From positions 1 through 55,948 of IMG/VR virus record IMGVR_UViG_3300017991_000130: a stretch of 55,948 bases of DNA, one strand, 5' to 3'. Below are positions 19,116 to 27,260 of this stretch, in pieces (within the stretch, counting starts at the first letter, position 1; each line of letters opens with the position of its first letter). Under the pieces are notes generated by a model. The model had not been told where the DNA came from and made no database searches. It was given only the letters and a program-made list of their open reading frames with translations. Position numbers and translations under genes: made by a program. This DNA comes from a virus (Duplodnaviria > Caudoviricetes).

Positions 19116-20498
19116 TTACTCTTCTGCGCCGCTGGCGACCTGTTCGAGCACTTCCTCGTAGCTCACCGGCTCGCCCCGCATGGCCTTCCGTTTGGCGATG
19201 TTCATCGCCTTGTCGGCCACCTCCCGGCTATAGCGCTCCTTGGCCTTCGCGCCGCCGGGGCGAGTGGGGCTGAGGGCCGCCGGCAGGTCGGGCGCCGGCA
19301 GAGTCGTGTCGAGCGGGATCTCGCGGTAGTTGGTGTTGATCCGCTCCAGGTGCGCGGTGAACTGCTCGTCGGACATGCGGCCGTAACGGACCAGCTCGAA
19401 CTCGCCGTCCAGGTCAAAAAGCCGCGTCCGCCGGCAGTCGGCCAGGGCGCTGTATCGCTCGGTGTTCACACGGCGCTCCCGCTGGTCTTCGAGCTGCGTC
19501 CGCAACGTGTCCACGGTCTGGCGCAGCGTGGTCAGCTCGCCCGACAAGCGGCTGTACCTCAGCGGCAGGTTCTGGTCGTTCTCCGCGGGAGGCGGCGGCT
19601 CGGCCGGCGGAGTTTCAGCCGGCGGAGGTTCAGCCGGCGGAGGTTCAGCCGGCGGAGTTTCGCCCTCCAGGGGCGGCGGCTCGGCCGGCGGGGGCTCGGC
19701 GCCCTGCATCTGGCTTTTGACCCACTGGACCCAGTCCAACTGTTCCAGGGCGTCGACAATCTGCTTCACGTCTTCGGGAGAAAAGGCCATCTTGTTGTTC
19801 TCCGGAGAATGAGTGGGATCTCGATCTGCGGCGTCACCGGCCTGGGGCGACGCTGCGGAGTACTCGGGGACGTAGACGCTGGTGGCCGACGGAGCGGCCG
19901 CGCTGTACTTCTCCACCTCTCGGCCGTCGCGACGGCAGACGGCCGAATACAACAGGCCCATGTCGAGCCGCGGGGCCTCTGCGCCCAGAAGCGCGATCGG
20001 ATCGAGGTGCATCTGGTCGTAGGAGTCCTCGACCCACAGCTCGGCTGAGCGGCGGGGGTACTGGCGCACCACGTCGGCCTGGCTGCGCTGGATGTGGAAG
20101 TCGGCCAGGATGGCCCACTTCGGCTCTCCGCCTTGCTGTCGCAAGAGGCCCATGCGGAAAGGGCCGGCCAGTCCGACCAGGGGCATGGGCGGAGTGTGTC
20201 CGGCGGTTTCCGGATCGGGGGTGTGCCCCACGACGATGCCCGCATAGTCCCCGGTCTGGCGAATCCGGCGGTTGCAGGCCTCGGCGAGCTGTTGGAGCGC
20301 CCGGCGGTCGAAGACCAGGTGGCGGCCGCCCTTGGTGGTCGTCTGGTGCTCGGCGAAGACCGGCACGTTGGGCACGTTCAGCCAGGCGTCGTCGGGAAAC
20401 TCCCGGCCGGCCGGCAGGATGTTCGCCCTCGGGATCTCCCCGTACTCGCCGGTGGGGCGTTCCAGGACGGCCAGCGGTTCGAGTTCGGCTGTTGCCAT
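19116..20498 (-). CDS. Prohead protease/scaffold protein (Mu gp32 I/Z-like)
   Basis: VVGHT, YPRRSAEL and IALLGAEAP protease motifs in the N-terminal half; coiled-coil C-terminal half; internal ATG at 19790 with a GGAG SD. Confidence 0.75.
   Translation of the reverse strand: MATAELEPLAVLERPTGEYGEIPRANILPAGREFPDDAWLNVPNVPVFAEHQTTTKGGRHLVFDRRALQQLAEACNRRIRQTGDYAGIVVGHTPDPETAGHTPPMPLVGLAGPFRMGLLRQQGGEPKWAILADFHIQRSQADVVRQYPRRSAELWVEDSYDQMHLDPIALLGAEAPRLDMGLLYSAVCRRDGREVEKYSAAAPSATSVYVPEYSAASPQAGDAADRDPTHSPENNKMAFSPEDVKQIVDALEQLDWVQWVKSQMQGAEPPPAEPPPLEGETPPAEPPPAEPPPAETPPAEPPPPAENDQNLPLRYSRLSGELTTLRQTVDTLRTQLEDQRERRVNTERYSALADCRRTRLFDLDGEFELVRYGRMSDEQFTAHLERINTNYREIPLDTTLPAPDLPAALSPTRPGGAKAKERYSREVADKAMNIAKRKAMRGEPVSYEEVLEQVASGAEE
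19582..19700. repeat. Tandem 15-bp repeat encoding AE[PT]PP pentapeptides
   Basis: TTCAGCCGGCGGAG(G/T) repeated, giving AEPPPAEPPP...AETPPAEPPPPAE. Confidence 0.85.
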
Positions 20499-20505
20499 GG
20501 CGCGC

Positions 20506-20550
20506 AAAAAAGGCCCGCCAGATTCCGCATCTTGGAAATCGGGCGGGCCT
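20506..20550 (-). terminator. Intrinsic terminator directly upstream of the head module
   Basis: Minus strand AGGCCCGCC...GGCGGGCCT hairpin followed by a T run. Confidence 0.7.
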
Positions 20551-20608
20551 CGATGTCGAGTAACCCTGCTGCCTCAGCCCGAGGCCCAAAGGCACCGGTG
20601 ATGGTGGC

Positions 20609-20638
20609 AATCTACGGCCGGCAGCAAAAAACTGTCAA
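20609..20638 (-). promoter_or_regulatory. Sigma70-type promoter upstream of the head module
   Basis: TTGACA (20638-20633), N18, TAGATT (20614-20609). Confidence 0.55.
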
Positions 20639-20655
20639 GTTCGTGTTGGCCACCT

Positions 20656-20856
20656 TCAGACCTTTTGGGCCGTGAGCGACCGCTTCACCGGCAGCGCCAG
20701 GACCATCTCCTGGAGCGACTGGATCAGCTCGTCGAAGCGGCGGGTGTCCAGGCCGTCCAGCTCCGTCATGAGACTGTGGCACTGGGCCAGCCGCTCGATC
20801 GTCTCCCACTCCTCCTGCCTCAGTCCGCTGCCGGCGGGGATTCCTGCCAGGTCCAT
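20656..20856 (-). CDS. Small hypothetical protein
   Basis: 66-aa helical ORF with GGAGG upstream, filling the gap in the operon. Confidence 0.5.
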   Translation of the reverse strand: MDLAGIPAGSGLRQEEWETIERLAQCHSLMTELDGLDTRRFDELIQSLQEMVLALPVKRSLTAQKV

Positions 20857-20874
20857 TGCCCCCGACCTCCCCGG

Positions 20875-21204
20875 TCAGCCCCCGGGTTTCGGAGTTTTGA
20901 GGCGAAACAACTCGCCGCGCATCTCCCGCATGTCGGTTTCGATCCGGACCAGCGATTCCCTCGTGGCCCGGCGGTACTCCTCCGTCGTGTCCTTGGTGGC
21001 CTCCAGGTTTTTCGCGGCCTGCGTAGCCCGCTCACTCGCGGCCCACGCCCTGTCACTGGCCACCCATGCGCGTTCGATTGCCCAGGCCGTGCAGCCCAGG
21101 ATGGTGCTAAGAATCACCACCATCAGGCCGACGAACCATTTGGTGTTGCCGTGCCGCTTGTTGCATTCATCTGTCGTTTGGTAGCTCGGCTCGTCAGGCA
21201 TCAT
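20875..21204 (-). CDS. Single-TM coiled-coil membrane protein (holin/spanin-like position)
   Basis: AAGGAG SD; hydrophobic WFVGLMVVILSTILGCTAWAI followed by a coiled coil. Confidence 0.65.
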   Translation of the reverse strand: MMPDEPSYQTTDECNKRHGNTKWFVGLMVVILSTILGCTAWAIERAWVASDRAWAASERATQAAKNLEATKDTTEEYRRATRESLVRIETDMREMRGELFRLKTPKPGG

Positions 21205-21224
21205 CTTCTCCTTGACGCAAAGCC

Positions 21225-22787
21225 TTACTTCGAGCCACTCCTGGCAGGTTTCTCTTCGGGTTCCGGCATGGGGGCGATCCGGTCGGCCAACCCGACTACC
21301 AACCGGACCAGCCCGCCGAAGAGCATGTCGTCCCACGGATTCTTGGTCCGGGCCGCCATTTCCTTCCCGCGGTCAAGCAGCTTTTCGGCAATCAGCTTGT
21401 CGCCGGTCTTTACCCGGTCGCGGGTGTCCCGCAGCACGACGATCAGGAGAATCAGCACGCCGGCAATGATGGCGATCGGCACCCAGGCTCCGTAGGCAGC
21501 CAGCTTGAGTGAGCCGAGCGTTCCATGAACTGCTTCCAACTTTGTGGCCAATCCTTCAGGCAACAGCCCTTTGACCTTTTCCAGCAACCGTGGTTCCGCG
21601 GCCTCGACGGCAGTTGCAGCCACTTCACTTGCCACCTTGCCCGCAACCTCATCGGCCGCCTGAACGGCCACCTGCTGGGCAACGTCCTTCGTCGATGCAA
21701 CGGCCGCCTCGACCTTCGGATTGAGTTGGGCCAACACGTTCTCTTGGACCTTACCAACCGCGGCAGCGATGGCTTGGTCGGCCTTGCTCTCCGAAGCCTT
21801 GAGGGCCTCGGCCTGCTTCTTCACTTCCTCGATGATCGTGTTGAAGCGGGCCACCTCTTTTGAATGCTCATCGAGCACGACCTTCTGTTCGCCCACCTGC
21901 TTCTCGATTTCGGCCACCTTATCGAGTACGATCGAGTCATCGTAAGATTCTGGTTTCACTTCGGGCACGGGCAACTGCTGCTGCCCGGCTTCCAATTGGC
22001 CGATTCGCCCGCCGTGGTCCTCCAGTTGGTCGCGGGTCTTCTGCCTGAAACCGAATGGCCACAGAAACTGATCGTCCGAACAGAGGGCGAAGATGCGCGG
22101 CAGGGCGGGGCCCACCGTGCCCTCTTCATTCCAGGCACGCCAGTGCGAGCGGCTCACGACGCTGACCAGTTCGCCGGCCGCGTTGACGATCGCCCCGCCA
22201 GACATGCCGGGAATCGCGTTAGCCGTGGTCGCCAAGCTTCCATACCGATCGTTCGCCGGGCCCTTGTACGTGCTGTTCTCATAGGCTTTGACGCGGGCCC
22301 GGATCGTTTGCCACGCCCGGCCGCCGGGAAAGCCACACAGCCGCACCTCTTCGCCCTGCTTCGGCCAAGTGCTGGCCATCACGCACGGCTCGGGTTTCGG
22401 CCGCGGCGTCTGAATCCAGGCAATGTCCCACGTCCGATCAATCGCGATGCCGTTGCCCACGCGGGCCTTGACCACGCTGCCTTGGAGCCGCGAGCCGTCC
22501 GAGAAAACTACCGCGATGTTGTCGCGGTCTTGGCCCTCGACGACGTGGTAGGCTGTCAAAACCAGGCCGTAATCGTCGCCCTTGGCAACCAATGTGCCGC
22601 TCGCCCCGCGAACCCGTACGGCCCAACCCGGAATCGCCGAATTGTCCACGGCAGGCACCTGAATGCGAGCCCGCCCTTGGAGCGACGGATTGCTGCTGGG
22701 GCAATTGCCGCTCGGGCAATCCTGCTGTGCGTAGGCCGTCGCCGCCATGAGCAACGCGGCCGCCAAGCCGATCAAGTAGCGTTTCAT
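21225..22787 (-). CDS. Secreted, membrane-anchored trypsin-like (S1) serine protease
   Basis: Signal peptide MKRYLIGLAAALLMAATAYA; catalytic triad LTAYH / WDIA / PGMSGG; long coiled coil; C-terminal TM helix. Confidence 0.85.
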   Translation of the reverse strand: MKRYLIGLAAALLMAATAYAQQDCPSGNCPSSNPSLQGRARIQVPAVDNSAIPGWAVRVRGASGTLVAKGDDYGLVLTAYHVVEGQDRDNIAVVFSDGSRLQGSVVKARVGNGIAIDRTWDIAWIQTPRPKPEPCVMASTWPKQGEEVRLCGFPGGRAWQTIRARVKAYENSTYKGPANDRYGSLATTANAIPGMSGGAIVNAAGELVSVVSRSHWRAWNEEGTVGPALPRIFALCSDDQFLWPFGFRQKTRDQLEDHGGRIGQLEAGQQQLPVPEVKPESYDDSIVLDKVAEIEKQVGEQKVVLDEHSKEVARFNTIIEEVKKQAEALKASESKADQAIAAAVGKVQENVLAQLNPKVEAAVASTKDVAQQVAVQAADEVAGKVASEVAATAVEAAEPRLLEKVKGLLPEGLATKLEAVHGTLGSLKLAAYGAWVPIAIIAGVLILLIVVLRDTRDRVKTGDKLIAEKLLDRGKEMAARTKNPWDDMLFGGLVRLVVGLADRIAPMPEPEEKPARSGSK

Positions 22788-22864
22788 CACTTCATCTCGC
22801 GAAATTACTGGGTATATGGTTTTCCGACGGACCAACTCTTTCCGTCGGCAAATACCCCGATACC

Positions 22865-23182
22865 TTATGACGGTTCCTCCAGCGGCCTTTCCTCACTGCG
22901 CCCGATGGGTAGCTGTTCGATCCGCCATTCCAGTTGCTTGAGCCTCGCAGACACTGGATCGTCCGCCGTTGTCCAACTGTCATCCGGATAGACAGCGTAA
23001 CCGCACGATGCCTCTGTTGCCTCGATTTCACACTCCAGGGCGTACAGTCGCAACATGAATTCACTCGCCGCTTTTTGCATCGGGCGGGTATACCCGAAGT
23101 AGAACCCCGTGTAGCCCGCCCCTATAAACAGAAACAAGAACAAGAACAGAACAACCCACCTTCCAACGATCTTTTCCATCAC
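22865..23182 (-). CDS. Small membrane protein
   Basis: N-terminal hydrophobic helix WVVLFLFLFLFIGAG; GAGG SD. Confidence 0.6.
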   Translation of the reverse strand: MMEKIVGRWVVLFLFLFLFIGAGYTGFYFGYTRPMQKAASEFMLRLYALECEIEATEASCGYAVYPDDSWTTADDPVSARLKQLEWRIEQLPIGRSEERPLEEPS

Positions 23183-23934
23183 TTCACCTCGCTGAGTCTG
23201 TACCGGGCCGGGGCCCGCCGCTCCAGTTCGTCGAGCGCCCCGCCAGTCACGTCCACGTAAATGCGCAGGTCCCGCGCATCAGAATCTCGATACCCGCGTT
23301 CGACCGCCAGCGACAACACGGCCCTTGAAAGCCGGTGCATCTGGCGTGCGAACCGGAAACTACCCCGTACCCGCGTAACGTCCGCCCCGCCCTCGACGCC
23401 GGCCGTGGTTCCGCAGAGATAGGCCGATTGCTCGTCCAAGACGTAGAGCGGTTCGTTCTGCCACCACCGCACGGCCTCGCCGGCCGGCAGTTGCGTCCCG
23501 GCCCGCTGAATAACGTCTGAAAGCGCGAACCCCTTCGGCTCCGGCAACACCAGCCCCAGGCCATCGCCGAGGTAGACGGCATTGACGCGGCCCGTCCCGC
23601 CGTGCTTGTTTCGCAAGTAGGCCGACATGCCGTGGCTGCCATAGTGGCCCAACCCCACCGTGTCCTGCCCCGCCATGATCGACTGGTCGGGCAGGTGGCT
23701 TCGCACGTCGGCCACCACGCCGCCGCCTTGCTGGGGCTTGGTTGCGGGAACCTCGACCCATTCGGCGTGGGCGGGCAGGCACGTCCCAATGGCAATGAAA
23801 ATCAAGACGAAAAAGATTGCCCAAAGTGCATCGCGGATCTCGACATTAAGCCTCCTAACGCTGTTTTCAATGGCGGTTAGGCGATCAACCAAATGGTCCT
23901 TCGATTTCCGCCAATCATCATCGGGTCGCATCAC
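23179..23934 (-). CDS. Hypothetical membrane-anchored/exported protein
   Basis: TM segment ALWAIFFVLIFIAIG; 4-nt overlaps on both sides. Confidence 0.6.
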   Translation of the reverse strand: MMRPDDDWRKSKDHLVDRLTAIENSVRRLNVEIRDALWAIFFVLIFIAIGTCLPAHAEWVEVPATKPQQGGGVVADVRSHLPDQSIMAGQDTVGLGHYGSHGMSAYLRNKHGGTGRVNAVYLGDGLGLVLPEPKGFALSDVIQRAGTQLPAGEAVRWWQNEPLYVLDEQSAYLCGTTAGVEGGADVTRVRGSFRFARQMHRLSRAVLSLAVERGYRDSDARDLRIYVDVTGGALDELERRAPARYRLSEVK

Positions 23935-24590
23935 CTAACCACCTCCACTGGCTTTTGGTACAAACCGTCCTCCACCTGCGCCCGCAAGAACGTGCTCGGC
24001 GAATAGCGGCTGGCTGATTCCCTCTTGAGCCGCCCAACGATTCGCAGCCAGACTGCCACCGCCTCATTGCAGAACAGCCGCCCGTTGTGCTCCACGTCGG
24101 GCAAGAGCCACCTGAGCCAGGCCGGATGCCGCCGCTCGATCAGCCGCACGAGCCAGCCGAACCCGATCACCCGTACCCGCCAGGCCCCGCGCCAATCGTA
24201 GGGCGTGCCGAGCGAATCACGGCAGGCGTACGCCAGGCGCAGCCGCTCCGCCATCGTGAGCGGTTGAACCGGCCGGTAGATCCACGCCTTGCCGCCGGCC
24301 GCCAGGTGGCGGCGCAGGTATCGCATCGGTTCATGGTCTTGCACACCCTTGACCCGCCGCTGGGCCGTCAGACCGGTGGTATCGCTCGACATCGACGATT
24401 CATAGAGCAACAGCCGGTCGACGGTGAGATCGTCCGCCAACAGGGCGGCGTGACTCTTGCCGCCGCACGTACAAACACGAATCGCGCGGGCGAGGCAGGA
24501 CCGGCCGGTAAAGGCGACGATACAGCCCGGTTCGAGAATTCGCGACTGACGGAGTTCGTGGACACTGATTCGGGTTCGGGTTCGGACCAT
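23931..24590 (-). CDS. Circularly permuted NlpC/P60 (YiiX/YebB-like) papain-fold hydrolase
   Basis: His before Cys: SHAAL ... LGTPYDW ... LFCNEAVA ... YSP. Confidence 0.8.
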   Translation of the reverse strand: MVRTRTRISVHELRQSRILEPGCIVAFTGRSCLARAIRVCTCGGKSHAALLADDLTVDRLLLYESSMSSDTTGLTAQRRVKGVQDHEPMRYLRRHLAAGGKAWIYRPVQPLTMAERLRLAYACRDSLGTPYDWRGAWRVRVIGFGWLVRLIERRHPAWLRWLLPDVEHNGRLFCNEAVAVWLRIVGRLKRESASRYSPSTFLRAQVEDGLYQKPVEVVR

Positions 24591-24599
24591 CGCAAAACC

Positions 24600-24635
24600 A
24601 AAAAGCCGGCAGCCGCCTCGAAGGCAACTGCCGGC
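24600..24635 (-). terminator. Intrinsic terminator directly upstream of the lysis-position module
   Basis: Minus strand GCCGGCAGTTGCCT-TCG-AGGCGGCTGCCGGC-TTTTT. Confidence 0.7.
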
Positions 24636-24670
24636 CCGGTGGAACGGTTACCGGCTAGGGATCCGCGCTC

Positions 24671-24699
24671 AATCTAACACCGGCGGCTGTCGGCTGCAA
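24671..24699 (-). promoter_or_regulatory. Possible promoter preceding the terminator
   Basis: TTGCAG, N17, TAGATT; same -10 hexamer as the promoter at 20609-20638. Confidence 0.4.
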
Positions 24700-24919
24700 A
24701 CGGCCATTGGCCACCGACTTTTTCGGGCAAATTCACGGCCGGTGAACTGAACACTTTGGAAGACGGGACACGCCAACACCTCTACGGTGGGGCATTTGCC
24801 GCCGCGTAGCCTTGCCTGATTCACCCATTCTGTCCACTTTTGCGGTTCTAGGGTGCCTGGCTGCGGCCAAACCCCCGCCGCAGAGGCAATTCCTGGAAAT
24901 TCGCGAATCGGGGCGGAAT

Positions 24920-24952
24920 TACTATTGACATTGCAATAGTACGTGCGATAAT
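24920..24952 (+). promoter_or_regulatory. Strong sigma70-type promoter with an overlapping palindromic operator
   Basis: TTGACA 24925-24930, N16, GATAAT 24947-24952 with extended TG; inverted repeat TACTATTG-N6-CAATAGTA at 24920-24941. Confidence 0.75.
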
Positions 24953-25028
24953 AGGGGTAGAGTGAGGAGTGAAACGAAACCTGACAAACCGAATCGTGAG
25001 AGCCGGCCACGCCGGCAGGAGATGAGAG

Positions 25029-25406
25029 ATGCGGTTAGGACAAAATCGGAATCCGGAGCGGGAGCGGGAGTGGCGGGAACGGGTGGACGCTCAGCAGGCG
25101 GCCATCGACGCGGTGGTGCCGCGGTGGAATGGCGGCTATAAGGATTGGGTCGACGTGACCAACGACTCGCGTCCGTATGCTACCTGCGAGACGGCCGCTA
25201 CTCGGCTAGGACACGGGGAACACCCCACAATCACGGTCCGCAACGCCCGCGAAATTCGCAGTGAACTCAAACGCTTCGGCTACCGCTACGATGGCGATGG
25301 CGGCTGGGTCCGCCGGATCGCCGACGATCTGGCCGATACAATTGAGGAGCTAATCAACTGCGGCGTGGTTCGCGAGCGCATTTTTAACGCACTCGGTTGC
25401 AAATGA
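25029..25406 (+). CDS. Hypothetical protein (cassette gene 1)
   Basis: 125-aa ORF with the repeat-borne SD; ELKRFGYRYD...W motif. Confidence 0.8.
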   Translation: MRLGQNRNPEREREWRERVDAQQAAIDAVVPRWNGGYKDWVDVTNDSRPYATCETAATRLGHGEHPTITVRNAREIRSELKRFGYRYDGDGGWVRRIADDLADTIEELINCGVVRERIFNALGCK

Positions 25407-25433
25407 GCCGGTACAGCCGGCAGGAGATGAGAG

Positions 25434-26048
25434 ATGAAACTCTACAAACTCACAGACGCGAACGGCCGCACGTATGGTAGCTGCCAATGGGGAGAGGGCA
25501 TCGAGCATACGGCCAGCGGCGAGGGAGACCTGTGCGGCCCCGGGTGGCTCCACGCCTATACCGATCCGTTGCTGGCCGTGCTCCTCAACCCAATACATAC
25601 CGGCTTCAACGATCCGTTGCTCTGGGAGTGTGAGGGAGAGGTTGGTCACGAGGACCACGGCCTGAAGGTGGGATGTACGCGACTGCGCACGATCGGCCAG
25701 ATCGCGATGCTCACGGTGACCACCGAGCAGCGAGTACGGTTCGCGATCGGGTGCGCTCGTCGGGTATGTCAGGAACCGAGTTTCACGGCCTGGGCCGATG
25801 CCTGGCTGAACGGTACGGATCGTTCAGCCGAGGCGGCTGAGGCGGCGGCTGAGGCGGTTGATGCGGCGGCTTGGGCGGCGGCTGAGGCGGTTGATGCGGC
25901 GGCTAGGACGGCGGCTAGGGCGGCTTGGGCGGCGGCTTGGGCGGCGGCTTGGGCGGCTGAAGCGGCGGCTAGGGTGGCTGAAGCAGCAGCTGAAATCGAC
26001 CTTGTAGCTATCGCCAGAGAGGCAATGAGAGGCGGGGTTGGTGACTGA
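25434..26048 (+). CDS. Phage hypothetical protein with Ala-rich AAWAAA repeats (cassette gene 2)
   Basis: MKLYKLTD...QWGEG...LCGPGWLHAY N-terminal domain and a low-complexity Ala tail; repeat-borne SD. Confidence 0.85.
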   Translation: MKLYKLTDANGRTYGSCQWGEGIEHTASGEGDLCGPGWLHAYTDPLLAVLLNPIHTGFNDPLLWECEGEVGHEDHGLKVGCTRLRTIGQIAMLTVTTEQRVRFAIGCARRVCQEPSFTAWADAWLNGTDRSAEAAEAAAEAVDAAAWAAAEAVDAAARTAARAAWAAAWAAAWAAEAAARVAEAAAEIDLVAIAREAMRGGVGD

Positions 26049-26090
26049 CCCGTTACACTAGAGCCGGCCGCGCCGGCAGGAGGTGAGACG

Positions 26091-26633
26091 ATGAGAGACT
26101 ATCAGGGCGTTGAATGCACAATCCGAGTGACGAATCGGGGGCGATTCCAGGTTCTGCCGGTACCACACAATGGCCGGGACCTGAGCACCCAACCTGTTTT
26201 CGAGACGCGCGAGGCGGCCGAGGCATATATTCGCCGCCCCATGCCAGCCTGGGAATTGGCAGAGCGTCACCGGCGGGCAGAGCGTCAGGAATATGCGAGC
26301 GCTTACGCCTCCATCCTGGCCGATCCCACCCTACGGGAGATGCGAGGCGCCATTCAGTCCCAGTATTCTGCTGCGGCATATCGCAGCAAATTGGCAGCAG
26401 ATCACCAACGGGCTGCGGTGCGGGCTGATGGGCAGGTATCTGTAATCGGCAGAGATATTTCTGCCGCGCATCAACACTACGCTGATGAAATCGCCGACGA
26501 TTCCTATGGGGAATGGGCGCGACATCGGCAACTCTGCGCGGAATACGAGCGGGAATTGCAGATCCGGATGACTGCTGCGGGGATTCCTGTCGAGTTGTTC
26601 CGCGCACCCGTGTTGGGCGGGGTTGGCGATTAA
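26091..26633 (+). CDS. Hypothetical protein (cassette gene 3)
   Basis: 180-aa ORF with AGGAGG in the repeat. Confidence 0.8.
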   Translation: MRDYQGVECTIRVTNRGRFQVLPVPHNGRDLSTQPVFETREAAEAYIRRPMPAWELAERHRRAERQEYASAYASILADPTLREMRGAIQSQYSAAAYRSKLAADHQRAAVRADGQVSVIGRDISAAHQHYADEIADDSYGEWARHRQLCAEYERELQIRMTAAGIPVELFRAPVLGGVGD

Positions 26634-26670
26634 CCACACTAGCGCCGGCCACGCCGGCAGGAGGAACGGC

Positions 26671-26856
26671 ATGACGAAGACTGACTGGCGCCGACGGCCG
26701 CGGAAGCCGGCTGCGGCGAGGAAGGCCGCGACACTCTCGATCCGACTGACGCGGGCCGACGCCCTAGCGATCCACGCCCGGGCGCGGGCGGCCGGCATGA
26801 CAGCCACGGACTACATCGTCCGCTGCTGCCTGGCGGCGGAAAGAAGCATACGGTGA
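26671..26856 (+). CDS. Ribbon-helix-helix DNA-binding protein (cassette gene 4)
   Basis: TLSIRLTRADALAIHARARAAGMTATDYIV fits the RHH beta-alpha-alpha pattern; ATG at 26671 follows the repeat SD. Confidence 0.8.
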   Translation: MTKTDWRRRPRKPAAARKAATLSIRLTRADALAIHARARAAGMTATDYIVRCCLAAERSIR

Positions 26857-27260
26857 GGAAGACCGAAAGATCCGCTGTGTGCGACTGTTGCGGCGAGGAA
26901 CGTCTCTGCCGCTTGGTGGATATAGAGGCAGGATCGTGGTATTGCTGGAGCTGCTGCAAGGGCTGGCCTGGACCGTGGAACAAACTGGGCCGGTGCGGTG
27001 CTTGCGGCGTGTGGGCCCCTGGTAAGTCGATTGTCGAGACCGTCGATGGACCGCGCTGCGAGCTTTGTGCCGAAGACTATCGCACCTGCGATTGGTGCGG
27101 AAAGACGGTCGATGCCGAGACAATGGACTATTTCCCGTTGCCCGACAAGGACGACAGCCATGTCTGCGCAAATTGCTTCCAGGCGGCGACGAAAGCCCTC
27201 GAAACCCTCATAGAGTCTCGTCGGACAACTCCGGTGCGGCCCCAAACCGCTTCACGGTAA
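26853..27260 (+). CDS. Multi-CxxC zinc-ribbon protein
   Basis: Six CxxC motifs; GTGA overlap with the RHH gene. Confidence 0.65.
   Translation: MRKTERSAVCDCCGEERLCRLVDIEAGSWYCWSCCKGWPGPWNKLGRCGACGVWAPGKSIVETVDGPRCELCAEDYRTCDWCGKTVDAETMDYFPLPDKDDSHVCANCFQAATKALETLIESRRTTPVRPQTASR

Larger units (their letters stand above)
25002..26664 (+). repeat. Four dispersed copies of a GCCGGC-N3-GCCGGC-AGGAG hairpin+SD gene-leader element
   Basis: Copies at 25002-25021, 25407-25426, 26063-26083 and 26644-26664, each 6-7 nt upstream of an ATG. Confidence 0.9.

Noticed and set aside
24669-25010. 113-aa minus-strand ORF
   Set aside because: Runs across the plus-strand promoter/operator and has no recognisable motif or SD.
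25002-26664. CRISPR array or integron attC sites
   Set aside because: Repeats are separated by whole genes rather than 30-40 bp spacers, no cas or intI gene is visible, and they lack attC RYYYAAC/GTTRRRY ends.
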